Source of the DNA: a virus | Taxonomy: Duplodnaviria > Caudoviricetes | DNA: 64,000 bases | IMG/VR virus record: IMGVR_UViG_2602041664_000003 | Span: 7,315-71,314 of that record | Reading direction: 5' to 3' (one strand) | In this document: positions 26,073 through 36,018 of the stretch, piece after piece | Position numbering within the stretch: the stretch's first letter is position 1 | How the letters are laid out: each line of letters starts with the position of its first letter | The notes under the pieces: generated by a model | What the model saw: only the letters and a program-made list of their open reading frames with translations | Told to the model about the DNA's origin: nothing | Databases searched by the model: none | Made by a program: the position numbers and the translations under genes

Positions 26073-29000
26073 ATGGCAGATGGGAATTTAGGAGATTTGA
26101 TGTTTTCGCTTGGCGTTAAAGATAATGTCTCGCAAGAACTAAACAACATAATGAGAAAGTTTGTGAATATGGAAGCTTCTGTTAATAAGACGACAGACTC
26201 CATTCGCAAACTATCCACAAAACTGCGTGAAGCTAATGACCTGAATGGGGATGGTCCTTCTAAGGAAATGCTTAAGATGGCGGATGCCGTTGACGGAGCT
26301 GCAACTAAAGTTGTACGCCTTAGAAGTGAAATAAGAAAGGTATCCGAATCCATCAATCAAATCAAAGCCATTCCTAATTTTATGAAAGATGCGGACCTGG
26401 TGTCTTCTCTTAATAAGCTTCAGGGATACTTGCGCACACTTAATAGTATTGATGGTAGTAAACTCCTTGACGGTAATCGTGTCCAAGCCGTATTCTCAAA
26501 CGGGGCACGTTCTATACAGGAAGCTAACGCTTCCTTAAAAGCTTACAAAGAAACTGCAAAGCAAGCGGAAAAAGCAGTTGAAGGTAATGCTCGTGCGGCT
26601 CGAGACCTCGCCTCCGCTTTCCGACAAGCCAATGATGCGGCAAGCAAGACTTCTGGCATTATGAGTGATATGAAGAGTCTGCTTTTGCAAGGTGGTATCG
26701 TTTATGGCGCACAACAGTTTACTAATTCTATTATCCAGACTGGTGGTGAAATAGCACAACAACACATTGCCTTGCGTAATATTATCGGTGATGCAAGGAA
26801 GGCAGATGAGTTGTTTGCTCAAACCCAACAGTTAGCACTTGAATCTCCTTTCAAATTTGGAGAGTTAAACAGGGACGTTAAGCAACTTGCCGCTTTTGGA
26901 GTTGAAGCAGATAACCTTTATGATACGACAAAACGCCTTGCTGATGTGGCATCTGGACTTGGTGTTTCATTTGAGCGTCTTGGTCTTGCATACGGTCAGG
27001 TGAAATCAAGAAGTTGGCTTGATGGAAAGGAATTGCGTCAGTTCGCATACGCAGGACTTCCATTACTCCAGAAGATAACTGATCTATATAATCAGACAGG
27101 AAAGGACGGAAAAAACAACTACACCACAAAGGACGTTCGTGATATGATTACGAAGCGTCAAGTTTCGTTTGAAGATGTTGATGCAGTAATAAAGAAATTA
27201 ACTGACGAGGGCGGTCAATTCTATAACATGCAGTACGTCCTCTCCGACACCCTACTTGGTCGTTGGAACAAACTTATTGACGCATGGGATATTATGCTTG
27301 GTAAGTTTGCCGATGGAAAGAGTATGGTTGGCGGATTCTTTATGACTGCCATCAACGGAGCCGTAACACTTGTGCAGTCTATTGATAGGTTAGGACCTGT
27401 ACTTCTCGCCGCTTTCTCTGGAGTTGCATTAAAGAAATTAGGGTCTTCTCTCGGTGGTGGTCTCGTTAGTTCTTTGCTTTCTTCTAAACAATCGTTGGCA
27501 GCTAAGTATCAAGAAAAGGCGTTAACAGGAGAACTAAGTGCAGAGGAGCAACGCATTTTAAGCACAAAAACTCAAATTACTGCAAAGGACTTGGAAACGC
27601 TTGCTACCACGAAAGCAATCACCATGGCAGATTTGCAGCGTGCTTATGTTACTCGTCAGATAACAACCGAACAGTATAAGAGTATATCTGCACTATTAAC
27701 ACAACAAAGGCAAACCGTAACTCTGTCGGCTCGTATCACGGCTATGCGCATGCAGGTTCGTCAGATTTTTACCGCTAACTTCTGGCAGAATTTTGCAGCA
27801 AGGGGCATGGCTGCATGGAATCTCTTAAAAGTTGGAGCAGTTTCCCTTGGGCGTACAATTTGGACGGCTATCGGAGGCTTACCCGGTCTTCTGATCACGG
27901 GAGCCTCTATGTTGTTTGCTAATTGGATGTCGGAAAGCGAAGAGTTAAAGCAGACCGCAGATTCTATCGCACAGAACGCTAAGCAGACATATGATGATTT
28001 GAGGAAGTATATTGATGAAAACCCAATAAACATCAAGGCTTCCATTTCCGATGTCGCCGACCAAATAAACAAAGAGAAGGACATCCTTAAAGAGAAAGCA
28101 GGCTCTGGATATGATTCCATTATCTTAGATGTTAGCATAAAAGCGAATGGTGATCCAAGTAAGCAGTTGGAATCTTTGCGTAAATACACCGAGTTGTATG
28201 CTCGTGCGGCGGAAAAGGCACAGGCGATGAAGAACGTGTTTGCGGATGCAGAAGAAGCTTCTAAGGGCTTATTCAGAGAATCAATCCAAACAAACCTTGC
28301 TGACTTAGAAAAGAGCGCACAAAAATTAAGTCTTACAACTTCTAAAATATCAATGGCGCAACTCGTTAAAGAAGCGCAAGACTTGAAATCAAAGAGTGAT
28401 GTTAGTGGCGATTTCAAAAAATTTGCCGACATTATATTAGAAGCCAACAAGAATGGATTAACACTCTATCAAACGCTTTCCAATGTAAAAGACGCTGCCC
28501 TAAACATGTCTTCTGTAAGTTTTCGTGGAGTTCGTGGAACAAACATATCTGATTTTGTTGGCTCGGCTTTAGATGCGAATAATGATAGTAAAAATCTTGA
28601 TGCGAACATTGCGGACTTTGCAAAAAGCCTTTCGGGTCAGTTCGAGAATCTCGCCAAAGACCCGATGGAGCAGGCGACATACAATATCTTAAAGGATTCA
28701 TGGAAGTCCGCTAATAACCTTGATGTAGTTCAAGGGGCGTACTTTGACATGAAAATGGACAAAGCGATGGGTCTTAAAGAGTTCCCATCACTCGCAGAGG
28801 ATATGGCTAAAGATGCAGCAGGGCGTATTAGTGATACAACTCGCCGTATGCTCGCTTCGGGACAACCTTTGACAAAAGCTGCACAGGAAGATGTTCGCAG
28901 GGCTACCAATGATGCAATGAACCATTTCCGAGCAACATGGCCGGGAAACGCTAATGAAATACAGAATATCATAGGCAGTCGCAAATTCCACTTTAATGTT

Positions 29001-32000
29001 TACATGCATGTTGTGGGAGATCAGTCTGTCACCCAAGATGCTTTGGACGACTTCTATATGGGTAAACCCAAGTTTCAAGGTAATTCCTTGCTATTGCGTC
29101 CTGATTTCATGGGTTCACATCCACGTCAGTTCTCACAGAATGGGGAAGCTTATTACAAACAATGGTCGAATGGTGGAAGTTCACCTGATGAGGTTGAGAA
29201 AAAGGCAAAGGAAGCCGTTGATAAGAACTTGGAAATTTATCGTTCTGCGGTAAGACAGAGAGGTAAGGCGGCTTCGCAAGCATATTTAGAAGCACTTAAA
29301 AACTCTCAAGCTGCATTTAAAGAGGTTATCGGATATGCTTACGCTGGTGAAGCTACGGGGATATCTAAGAAGAACGATTCTAAAGCCGAAAAGGCTCGTA
29401 AAGCTGCGGAAGCTGCGGAGAGAAAGAGAAAGGCGGCGGCAGAAAAAGCCAAGCGTCAGTGGGAGGAACAACAAAGAAAGATACTTAAAGGTTGGCAGAA
29501 TAGAAAGAAACTACTCGAAGAATATTACGAAACATGGGAAAAGTGGCGTAAGATAGAGGGTCGGGAGGATGCAAAAAAACGTCTTCTCAATGACAAAAAC
29601 TTTAAGTCTATCAGTTCTACCTTTAAGAATCCATCGGATTTAGCAGGAAACTTAGAAAGACTTGTTGGTGAGTACTCAAAACTTGCTAAAACAGAGGAGC
29701 AAAGGAATTTCCTCTCAGAAATAAGAGCCGAAGCGTCAAAGAAGGAAGCGGATATTGAGTACAAAAACGCTTCTGATAGGGTCGAGCAACTTAACGAGCA
29801 ACTTGACCTTTTATCAAAGCAGTATGACTTGTATCAAAGGCTATCAAAGGTTACATCAAGTTCTGTTGCTGCGGAGTTCTCATTCGGGTCCTATGGTGTA
29901 TATCGAAAGGACAAGGGGAGTTATTACGGATATTTGCGTGATAGGCTAAACTCAATTCAGGGAAATAAATTTTCTCCTAAGGGTTTCGTTAATAACGATA
30001 TGCCCGTTTCGGAGAGAAATAAAAAGAGCCTTGAAGAAGTTAGGGTAACCGCTGGCGTTAAGAAGGTTGATTTTGGACCAGATGGATTAGAGGGAGTTTT
30101 AAAACTCACTGATAATCAGATTAAAGATAGGTTCGGTCAAGAATTATCCAAAATTCTTATTGATTTTAAGAAGGAAACGGATAAACTTGATGAGAAGATT
30201 GCAGACTCTCTCGTGCACGGCTTTGAGTATTTACAAAATTATCAGGCAGAGATTGATTCCATTAATCAGTCGTATGACGAGCAGATAGAACGTCTTGAAA
30301 AGCGTAATCAACTTGAAGAAGAAAACGCTAAATACATTTCTGACGAAGCTTTAAGAAAAGGCAAGATTCTACTCGATCAACAAAGGGGTAGGGATATAAG
30401 CAATGTCAATCTTGAAGCCGCAAAGCACTCTGCATCGTACTATAATTTCTTTGGAGCAATAACAACGCTAAGTACAGATGAAGCAGAAAAATATGGTGCT
30501 ACTATTAGGGATATTGTAAATAAGGCATTCCAAAGCGGTGCTATTGATGCTCGTGAGTACACAAAGCAGATGAAGCAGATTAACGACCAAATGGAGAAAC
30601 TTCATAACCGTCAGTCTGACTTTATCACGTACTTGCAGGGTGGTCTTGATGCCGTTATACAAAAGTATAAGGAGCAAGGCGATGAAATGCAAAACAGATC
30701 CTCAAACGATTATGAGCAGGCAAGCAAATACTTCCAGAACGCAAAACTAAATGGTGATACCTCTGGTATGCAAATAGCGCAAAATCAGATGGGCAATGCC
30801 AAGATTATGGGTCAACAAGGCGAAGCAATGTCTAAGATGGCTGGCGGAATGAAAGGCACTGTTAGCATGATAGACGCTATCGTCAACGGTATAAATAACG
30901 CCGTGCAGAGCATGAAGAAGTTTGTTGACCAGTTAGCAGAGGACTTTGATACGCTTGGTAAGGGTGGCGATGGTATTCGTGATAGTAAGGGTTATCAGTT
31001 TGTCAGTGGATTTAGTGAAGCTTCGCAAGGTGCGGCAGATGGCTGGAACTCTCTCAAAAGTGGAAACGTTATGGGGGCAGTTACAGGTGTGTATCGTTCT
31101 TTTGCTGGTTGGTTCACCGGAACCGCACGTGCGAGGGACGCAAAACTTGACCGTCAGATACAGGTTGCAGAAAGACAATTAAAGGCTCTTAGTAATCTTC
31201 AAAATTCTATTGAAAGGAATTTAAAGAAAACGCTTGGCGGAGTTTATAATTACAAGGCTGATGCGGATGATGTCAAGAAACTCAAAGAGGGTCTTGATAA
31301 CTACTCTATGGCAAAGAGAGGTGTTGAGTATGGACACGATACTCGTCTTGCGAGCAAAGCAATTGGAGCCGGCGCAGGAATTGCAGTAGGGGCAGGCTCT
31401 GCCGCTTTATCCGGAGCGTTGTTGGGCTCTGCCGTTGGTCCAATTGGAGCTGCGGTCGGTGCCGTTGCGGGTGCTATCGTTGGTTTTATAGTCGGAGGTC
31501 TTTTCGGACACAAAAAGAAGAAGCACACTACTGTTTATAGCGAAGAAACAAACAAGGCTATGGAGAAAGCATATCGCACGCAAACTTATTACGACCAACA
31601 GTTTGCAGTAATGAATATGCAACTTGACCAAACCAATGCAAAGATAGAAAGTGAGAAGGAAAAGAAGAAAAAAGACGAAGGGAAAATTAACGACTACGAA
31701 AGCCAAGTTGCGGAGTTAAAGTCTAATATTGCAACCTTTGCAATGGATATGGCAAAAAGTATCTATGATATTGATTTGAAGTCATGGGCAAAGGAACTTA
31801 CAAATGCTATCGTTGAAGCATGGAGCAAGGGTGAGGATGCAGCAAAAGCCTATCACGATAAGGTGAGAGATTTGATGAAGACTCTTACGACAAACATACT
31901 GACGCAGAAGGTGATGGAGGCTATGCTCGGAAACACAGAGAAGCTTATAAAGAAAAAGATGACAGACAAGAGCGGCAAACTTGACGAAAACGACATCTTG

Positions 32001-32378
32001 GATCTTGCGGATATTATTGAAAAGGACGGTAAATCTGCAATTGAGAATATTACCAAAGTTTTTGAGGTGTTAAAATCAAAGGGGATGGACTTAACTCAAA
32101 ATGGTTCAAGTTCCATAGGAAACGGCATCAAATCTATTACAGAGGATACTGCCGACATACTCGCATCGTATCTTAATCAATGCAGGGCAGATTTATCCGT
32201 TGTTAGAAATTTGCAAAGTACATATTTCCCGCAGATGAGCGATATTGCAAATTCGCAGCTTGCCGAGTTAAGGATTATTTCAATTAACACGCAAAAGAAT
32301 GCAGAGACCACAGAGCGCATCCTGTCCTTATTCAGGGATATTACAACTCCGGGTCTAAAGAAGGTAAATATTCATTAA
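26073..32378 (+). CDS. tape measure protein (2101 aa)
   Basis: Tape-measure domain (ALESPF...KQLAAFG...LAYGQVKS), long helical body, Gly-zipper TM segment. Confidence 0.92.
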   Translation: MADGNLGDLMFSLGVKDNVSQELNNIMRKFVNMEASVNKTTDSIRKLSTKLREANDLNGDGPSKEMLKMADAVDGAATKVVRLRSEIRKVSESINQIKAIPNFMKDADLVSSLNKLQGYLRTLNSIDGSKLLDGNRVQAVFSNGARSIQEANASLKAYKETAKQAEKAVEGNARAARDLASAFRQANDAASKTSGIMSDMKSLLLQGGIVYGAQQFTNSIIQTGGEIAQQHIALRNIIGDARKADELFAQTQQLALESPFKFGELNRDVKQLAAFGVEADNLYDTTKRLADVASGLGVSFERLGLAYGQVKSRSWLDGKELRQFAYAGLPLLQKITDLYNQTGKDGKNNYTTKDVRDMITKRQVSFEDVDAVIKKLTDEGGQFYNMQYVLSDTLLGRWNKLIDAWDIMLGKFADGKSMVGGFFMTAINGAVTLVQSIDRLGPVLLAAFSGVALKKLGSSLGGGLVSSLLSSKQSLAAKYQEKALTGELSAEEQRILSTKTQITAKDLETLATTKAITMADLQRAYVTRQITTEQYKSISALLTQQRQTVTLSARITAMRMQVRQIFTANFWQNFAARGMAAWNLLKVGAVSLGRTIWTAIGGLPGLLITGASMLFANWMSESEELKQTADSIAQNAKQTYDDLRKYIDENPINIKASISDVADQINKEKDILKEKAGSGYDSIILDVSIKANGDPSKQLESLRKYTELYARAAEKAQAMKNVFADAEEASKGLFRESIQTNLADLEKSAQKLSLTTSKISMAQLVKEAQDLKSKSDVSGDFKKFADIILEANKNGLTLYQTLSNVKDAALNMSSVSFRGVRGTNISDFVGSALDANNDSKNLDANIADFAKSLSGQFENLAKDPMEQATYNILKDSWKSANNLDVVQGAYFDMKMDKAMGLKEFPSLAEDMAKDAAGRISDTTRRMLASGQPLTKAAQEDVRRATNDAMNHFRATWPGNANEIQNIIGSRKFHFNVYMHVVGDQSVTQDALDDFYMGKPKFQGNSLLLRPDFMGSHPRQFSQNGEAYYKQWSNGGSSPDEVEKKAKEAVDKNLEIYRSAVRQRGKAASQAYLEALKNSQAAFKEVIGYAYAGEATGISKKNDSKAEKARKAAEAAERKRKAAAEKAKRQWEEQQRKILKGWQNRKKLLEEYYETWEKWRKIEGREDAKKRLLNDKNFKSISSTFKNPSDLAGNLERLVGEYSKLAKTEEQRNFLSEIRAEASKKEADIEYKNASDRVEQLNEQLDLLSKQYDLYQRLSKVTSSSVAAEFSFGSYGVYRKDKGSYYGYLRDRLNSIQGNKFSPKGFVNNDMPVSERNKKSLEEVRVTAGVKKVDFGPDGLEGVLKLTDNQIKDRFGQELSKILIDFKKETDKLDEKIADSLVHGFEYLQNYQAEIDSINQSYDEQIERLEKRNQLEEENAKYISDEALRKGKILLDQQRGRDISNVNLEAAKHSASYYNFFGAITTLSTDEAEKYGATIRDIVNKAFQSGAIDAREYTKQMKQINDQMEKLHNRQSDFITYLQGGLDAVIQKYKEQGDEMQNRSSNDYEQASKYFQNAKLNGDTSGMQIAQNQMGNAKIMGQQGEAMSKMAGGMKGTVSMIDAIVNGINNAVQSMKKFVDQLAEDFDTLGKGGDGIRDSKGYQFVSGFSEASQGAADGWNSLKSGNVMGAVTGVYRSFAGWFTGTARARDAKLDRQIQVAERQLKALSNLQNSIERNLKKTLGGVYNYKADADDVKKLKEGLDNYSMAKRGVEYGHDTRLASKAIGAGAGIAVGAGSAALSGALLGSAVGPIGAAVGAVAGAIVGFIVGGLFGHKKKKHTTVYSEETNKAMEKAYRTQTYYDQQFAVMNMQLDQTNAKIESEKEKKKKDEGKINDYESQVAELKSNIATFAMDMAKSIYDIDLKSWAKELTNAIVEAWSKGEDAAKAYHDKVRDLMKTLTTNILTQKVMEAMLGNTEKLIKKKMTDKSGKLDENDILDLADIIEKDGKSAIENITKVFEVLKSKGMDLTQNGSSSIGNGIKSITEDTADILASYLNQCRADLSVVRNLQSTYFPQMSDIANSQLAELRIISINTQKNAETTERILSLFRDITTPGLKKVNIH

Positions 32379-32383
32379 TAGTA

Positions 32384-32905
32384 TTGGTTATGTTTAGAAG
32401 GAAAAACAAGTTATCATGTGAATTGAAAGACGAGGGTCGCCAGTTGGGCATGTGTGATGATATTTATAATATTTGGAGTGGGTACGAGTCGGTTGACGAT
32501 TTGTGCCAACTCTACGCCGACAACATGGAGTTTATTATAAATCACCCAAATTGGAGATTGAATAAAACATTAAAAAAATATGCAGGTGAGGAGATATTGC
32601 ACCGACACGGAATCTACATTGACGAGAAGTCTACGTTGGAAAATGTTGGTGACATGATTATCAATGGTGACTCTGACATCGTGCTTAATGTTGACAATGG
32701 TAGCGCAGTTGATATTTATGTACGTGAGAATAGTAAACTCGATATTTGTTTAAGTAACGGCTCTGTTGCTTATATTAATGTGTATGATAACGCTTCTGTT
32801 AATATTAAGGCGGAAGAACAATCGAAGTGTTTTGTTTACAAGTATGGAGGATCGATTAAAACATTTGAAGGCAATGTGATATTTAGAAACAGAATTAATC
32901 ACTAA
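32384..32905 (+). CDS. hypothetical protein with beta-helix-like C-terminus
   Basis: ORF after TMP; repeated V.D.S.V.I pattern. Confidence 0.65.
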   Translation: MVMFRRKNKLSCELKDEGRQLGMCDDIYNIWSGYESVDDLCQLYADNMEFIINHPNWRLNKTLKKYAGEEILHRHGIYIDEKSTLENVGDMIINGDSDIVLNVDNGSAVDIYVRENSKLDICLSNGSVAYINVYDNASVNIKAEEQSKCFVYKYGGSIKTFEGNVIFRNRINH

Positions 32906-32906
32906 C

Positions 32907-32938
32907 AAAAAAGAGGGCGTTTGTACACGCTCTCTTTG
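32907..32938. terminator. bidirectional terminator
   Basis: AAAGAGGGCGT...ACGCTCTCTTT between convergent genes. Confidence 0.65.
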
Positions 32939-32958
32939 CTTATCTTCTTTTTGTTGAC

Positions 32959-33474
32959 CTAATTTCTTCTATACCTATATTTCGGAGTTCCTGTTAGCCC
33001 TATTTGGTAATCATATAGATATAGTTTTCCGTCGCTCTTTATATCACAAACATATTTATTATCATCATACTCTAACAATACTATTCCCTTTTTGTAAATA
33101 TATTGATAATCGTTCTCCGAAGGATTATACATAGAAGTAGTATAATCCTTTTTTAGTGTAACTGCGTATGGAAAAACATGGTTTTCTTTGTTGGTGACAT
33201 TGCTGTTAGAAAAAGAAAGTTTGTAATCCTTATCGTTGTGCCAATACGCTTCTTCTATATCGTTCCACCCATTTTTTATGTATGGATTAGTACTATACTC
33301 TTCATAATATGCGTCCAAAATCCAATTTCCGACAATTTGCGCCTTAACCCTATTGTAGGAAGCTTCGATAAGTTCGCTCTCTCTATTACCTTCGTCATCA
33401 TTATCGGAAGAGCATGCAGTGAATGTCACCGCCATAGATAAAACGGCAAACATTAAGAATAAATACTTTTTCAT
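32959..33474 (-). CDS. lipoprotein moron (lipocalin-like), candidate superinfection exclusion
   Basis: Signal II FTAC-SSDNDDE; IVGNW motif; own TATCTTTG promoter at 33510-33517. Confidence 0.7.
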   Translation of the reverse strand: MKKYLFLMFAVLSMAVTFTACSSDNDDEGNRESELIEASYNRVKAQIVGNWILDAYYEEYSTNPYIKNGWNDIEEAYWHNDKDYKLSFSNSNVTNKENHVFPYAVTLKKDYTTSMYNPSENDYQYIYKKGIVLLEYDDNKYVCDIKSDGKLYLYDYQIGLTGTPKYRYRRN

Positions 33475-33564
33475 AATTAAAATATTTTTTATTTAAAGGT
33501 TTATGTTTGCAAAGATAGCAAATCAATGCCACCCTTGCAAACGTTTATTAGATAGTTTTATGAA

Positions 33565-33801
33565 TTACATTGATTTTTCTGCTACTTTCTGTGCATTAAA
33601 CATTGCAAATTCTGCGATAAGCTGTGCAACCTTGTCTTTTACCTCTCCAAAAGCGTCTGACATCTCTTCGAGGAAGTTTTCAAGATTTGCACCTTCATCG
33701 AGAAGTCTTGTTGTTTCTTCTTCACAATCATTGTAGGCTTTATTAAGGTCTATAAGTGCTTTTGACAATCGATTCGATACGATGTTATTTTGTGATTCCA
33801 T
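33565..33801 (-). CDS. small acidic helical protein
   Basis: Translationally coupled to the antirepressor gene. Confidence 0.6.
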   Translation of the reverse strand: MESQNNIVSNRLSKALIDLNKAYNDCEEETTRLLDEGANLENFLEEMSDAFGEVKDKVAQLIAEFAMFNAQKVAEKSM

Positions 33802-34658
33802 TATAATCCTAAAGTGTTAAGTAGTTCGACAAATTTGTTTTCATACCACGAAGGTTGTGTTTCCTTTGGGTTGTGCGGACTGACTTGGTTTTCTCCGAAG
33901 TCCTTTCCCTTTTCGGTGATAGACTTGAACCTTTTTGTCTTCCCGTGTGCGGCTGGTCGTTCCAATTCCACAATATAGCCTTTTGCGACAGCTGCTTCGT
34001 TGAATTTTTGTGCCGTGATGTTTCTTTCGTTCTTTTTGAGTAGTTCGCTTGCCGAACGGAGAATACCATTCGATGAAGTGTAGTCGGGTGTCGGCAGTCC
34101 GAGTGGGTCTCCGACTTGTTTCAACAGCAGAAGTGTTGAGTTTTCATTAAGGCGAAGCAGGCTCTTGCAACCTTTAATCCATGAAATCTTAGCATTGATT
34201 TGCTTGGAGGTGATTAATGATGGCTCTTGTAATATTTCTGCGGTCTTGTGGAAAACTTTTCGATACACCTCGAACACGGAGCGAGATTTCCTTGCTACGA
34301 AATACTCCATACACGAAACAGAAAGTTTCGCATCTATCTTAATACCATTCCTTAACTCTTTGGAACTCACGACCTTTCCCATTTGGTAAAGGTTGAAATC
34401 TTCACCTTCAATGAAGTTGCTACGTAGCGAGTAAATCGCCTTATTTCTATTGGTATATACCAACATCCAAACTTCGTCAATATTGACAGGAAAATGTTCG
34501 TTTAGTTTCTGTAATTTCAAAATTGCTTTGAAATAGCGTAACAAATCGTCATTGCAACTCTCTTTGTTGAGTGCAAACGATGTTTCTAAACTCTCGTCCT
34601 TTTGGGTGGACAACCCTTCAAATTCTTCCATCTGTGAACTTTTTTTTGAATTAAACAT
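33801..34658 (-). CDS. antirepressor-like protein (AntA-type N-terminus, KilAC/ANT C-terminus)
   Basis: FPVNIDEVW...FIEGEDF...CMEYFVARK; SITEKGKDFGEN..SPHNPKETQP. Confidence 0.8.
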   Translation of the reverse strand: MFNSKKSSQMEEFEGLSTQKDESLETSFALNKESCNDDLLRYFKAILKLQKLNEHFPVNIDEVWMLVYTNRNKAIYSLRSNFIEGEDFNLYQMGKVVSSKELRNGIKIDAKLSVSCMEYFVARKSRSVFEVYRKVFHKTAEILQEPSLITSKQINAKISWIKGCKSLLRLNENSTLLLLKQVGDPLGLPTPDYTSSNGILRSASELLKKNERNITAQKFNEAAVAKGYIVELERPAAHGKTKRFKSITEKGKDFGENQVSPHNPKETQPSWYENKFVELLNTLGL

Positions 34659-34659
34659 A

Positions 34660-34856
34660 AACGCAAGAAAGCGACTGCCAGTTTGCGCTGTTCACAGATG
34701 GTAGTTCTACCCCGAAGAGAAAACTTATTATCTTACGCAAAAAGACAATCGCCTATTTTTTTATGAGCATAAAAAAATGCCCAATTGGAATTGAGCAACT
34801 TAACCGCTTGCTCTGCGAGATAGATGTAACTATCATCTGTGAACACTGCAAATATA
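34660..34856 (-). promoter_or_regulatory. structured attenuator-like leader of the antirepressor
   Basis: TATATTTG 34849-34856; 18-nt inverted repeat 34828-34845 / 34689-34706; internal hairpin plus U7. Confidence 0.6.
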
Positions 34857-34980
34857 CCACATAAACCTTAACAATGCAAGTTTTCTGTTAAACTTTTCAA
34901 ATATTTTAAGATTTGGGTGTGTGTTAACGTCTGATAATAAGCAATTAGTTGTACTTTTGTTCAACTCGAAAAACAAATTT

Positions 34981-35364
34981 ATGGGAAAAATACTTACCGC
35001 TCAAGATTTACTTAAAGAAAAGGGTTATATCGAAGAAAAATTTGATACCAATGGCTTTCTACAATGCGTTGCCGATTGGTTTCGCTCTCACAATATTGAA
35101 GACAAGCTAATTATCCGTCCAAAGCGATTTATCGAAATGGACAATCCTCCAAAGGATGGATGGCTTGATATGACAAACGTTGATGAGTGGATAGTTTCAC
35201 TTCCATGGGAGCAGCAGTTACTCATGTTGCAAAAGGGAACGGCCGTGCCATTTATATGGGTCGATGAACCATTTGTTAAAAATGCCGTATTTACACTAAA
35301 GACCATGGCAGGATATGTTGTAAAAAGGGCAAAGAAAGGTGTATACGAAATATCACTGCTTTGA
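34981..35364 (+). CDS. hypothetical protein (moron)
   Basis: Internal ATG of track ORF 34921..35364. Confidence 0.6.
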   Translation: MGKILTAQDLLKEKGYIEEKFDTNGFLQCVADWFRSHNIEDKLIIRPKRFIEMDNPPKDGWLDMTNVDEWIVSLPWEQQLLMLQKGTAVPFIWVDEPFVKNAVFTLKTMAGYVVKRAKKGVYEISLL

Positions 35365-35508
35365 TATTATTATGCACACTTAAATAGGCAAAATATAAAA
35401 GTTTTGCTTATTTTTTTATACCATAAAAAACCAAATCAGAATATTTATTCATTAATTATTGTATATTTATGCAATAATTAGTATATTTGCGATTAAAAAG
35501 ACGCAAAT

Positions 35509-36015
35509 ATGCAATACGAAAAAGTATATATCCAAAAGACAAAAGCGAACTCTCCCATAAAGGAGACTATTGCGGACTTTGATATTTACTGCGCAGATAT
35601 GCCTTTTAAGCTATTTGCGGAAGCGAAAGACCCTTCTAAGAGAGATTGGTTTGACGAGCACGGCGAGGATGAGTACATTCCGAATGGGGGCATAAAGTTA
35701 AAGAGTTACACCATGGACGTTAAGTTCTGTTGTAAGGGTGATAAATATTCCGCTAACGCTAAGATACAAAAGTTTCTCAATTATCTCACAGGGTTAGATA
35801 ATACGGGCGCAGAAATGATGATGTTCTGCACTTGGACGAAAATTGGTCGTATGGGTATTCGTTTCGATAAGTTAAGTGACAAAGCAGACTTAGTAAGGGA
35901 TGAAGATGGGGATACGCTTGTATTCACGGTAGTGTTTAAGGTTAATGACCCTGTAACCGACATTATCCTATCTTATGATACAAACAGAAGGGTTGTCGGT
36001 TTAAAGAAGGCGTAG
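35509..36015 (+). CDS. distal tail (Dit-like) protein
   Basis: KDPSKRDWFDEHGEDEY...FKVNDP motif; promoter TATATTTG 35482-35489. Confidence 0.7.
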   Translation: MQYEKVYIQKTKANSPIKETIADFDIYCADMPFKLFAEAKDPSKRDWFDEHGEDEYIPNGGIKLKSYTMDVKFCCKGDKYSANAKIQKFLNYLTGLDNTGAEMMMFCTWTKIGRMGIRFDKLSDKADLVRDEDGDTLVFTVVFKVNDPVTDIILSYDTNRRVVGLKKA

Positions 36016-36018
36016 TTT

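Noticed and set aside
20158-32056. Numerous minus-strand ORFs across the structural operon
   Set aside because: Shadow ORFs of long plus-strand genes
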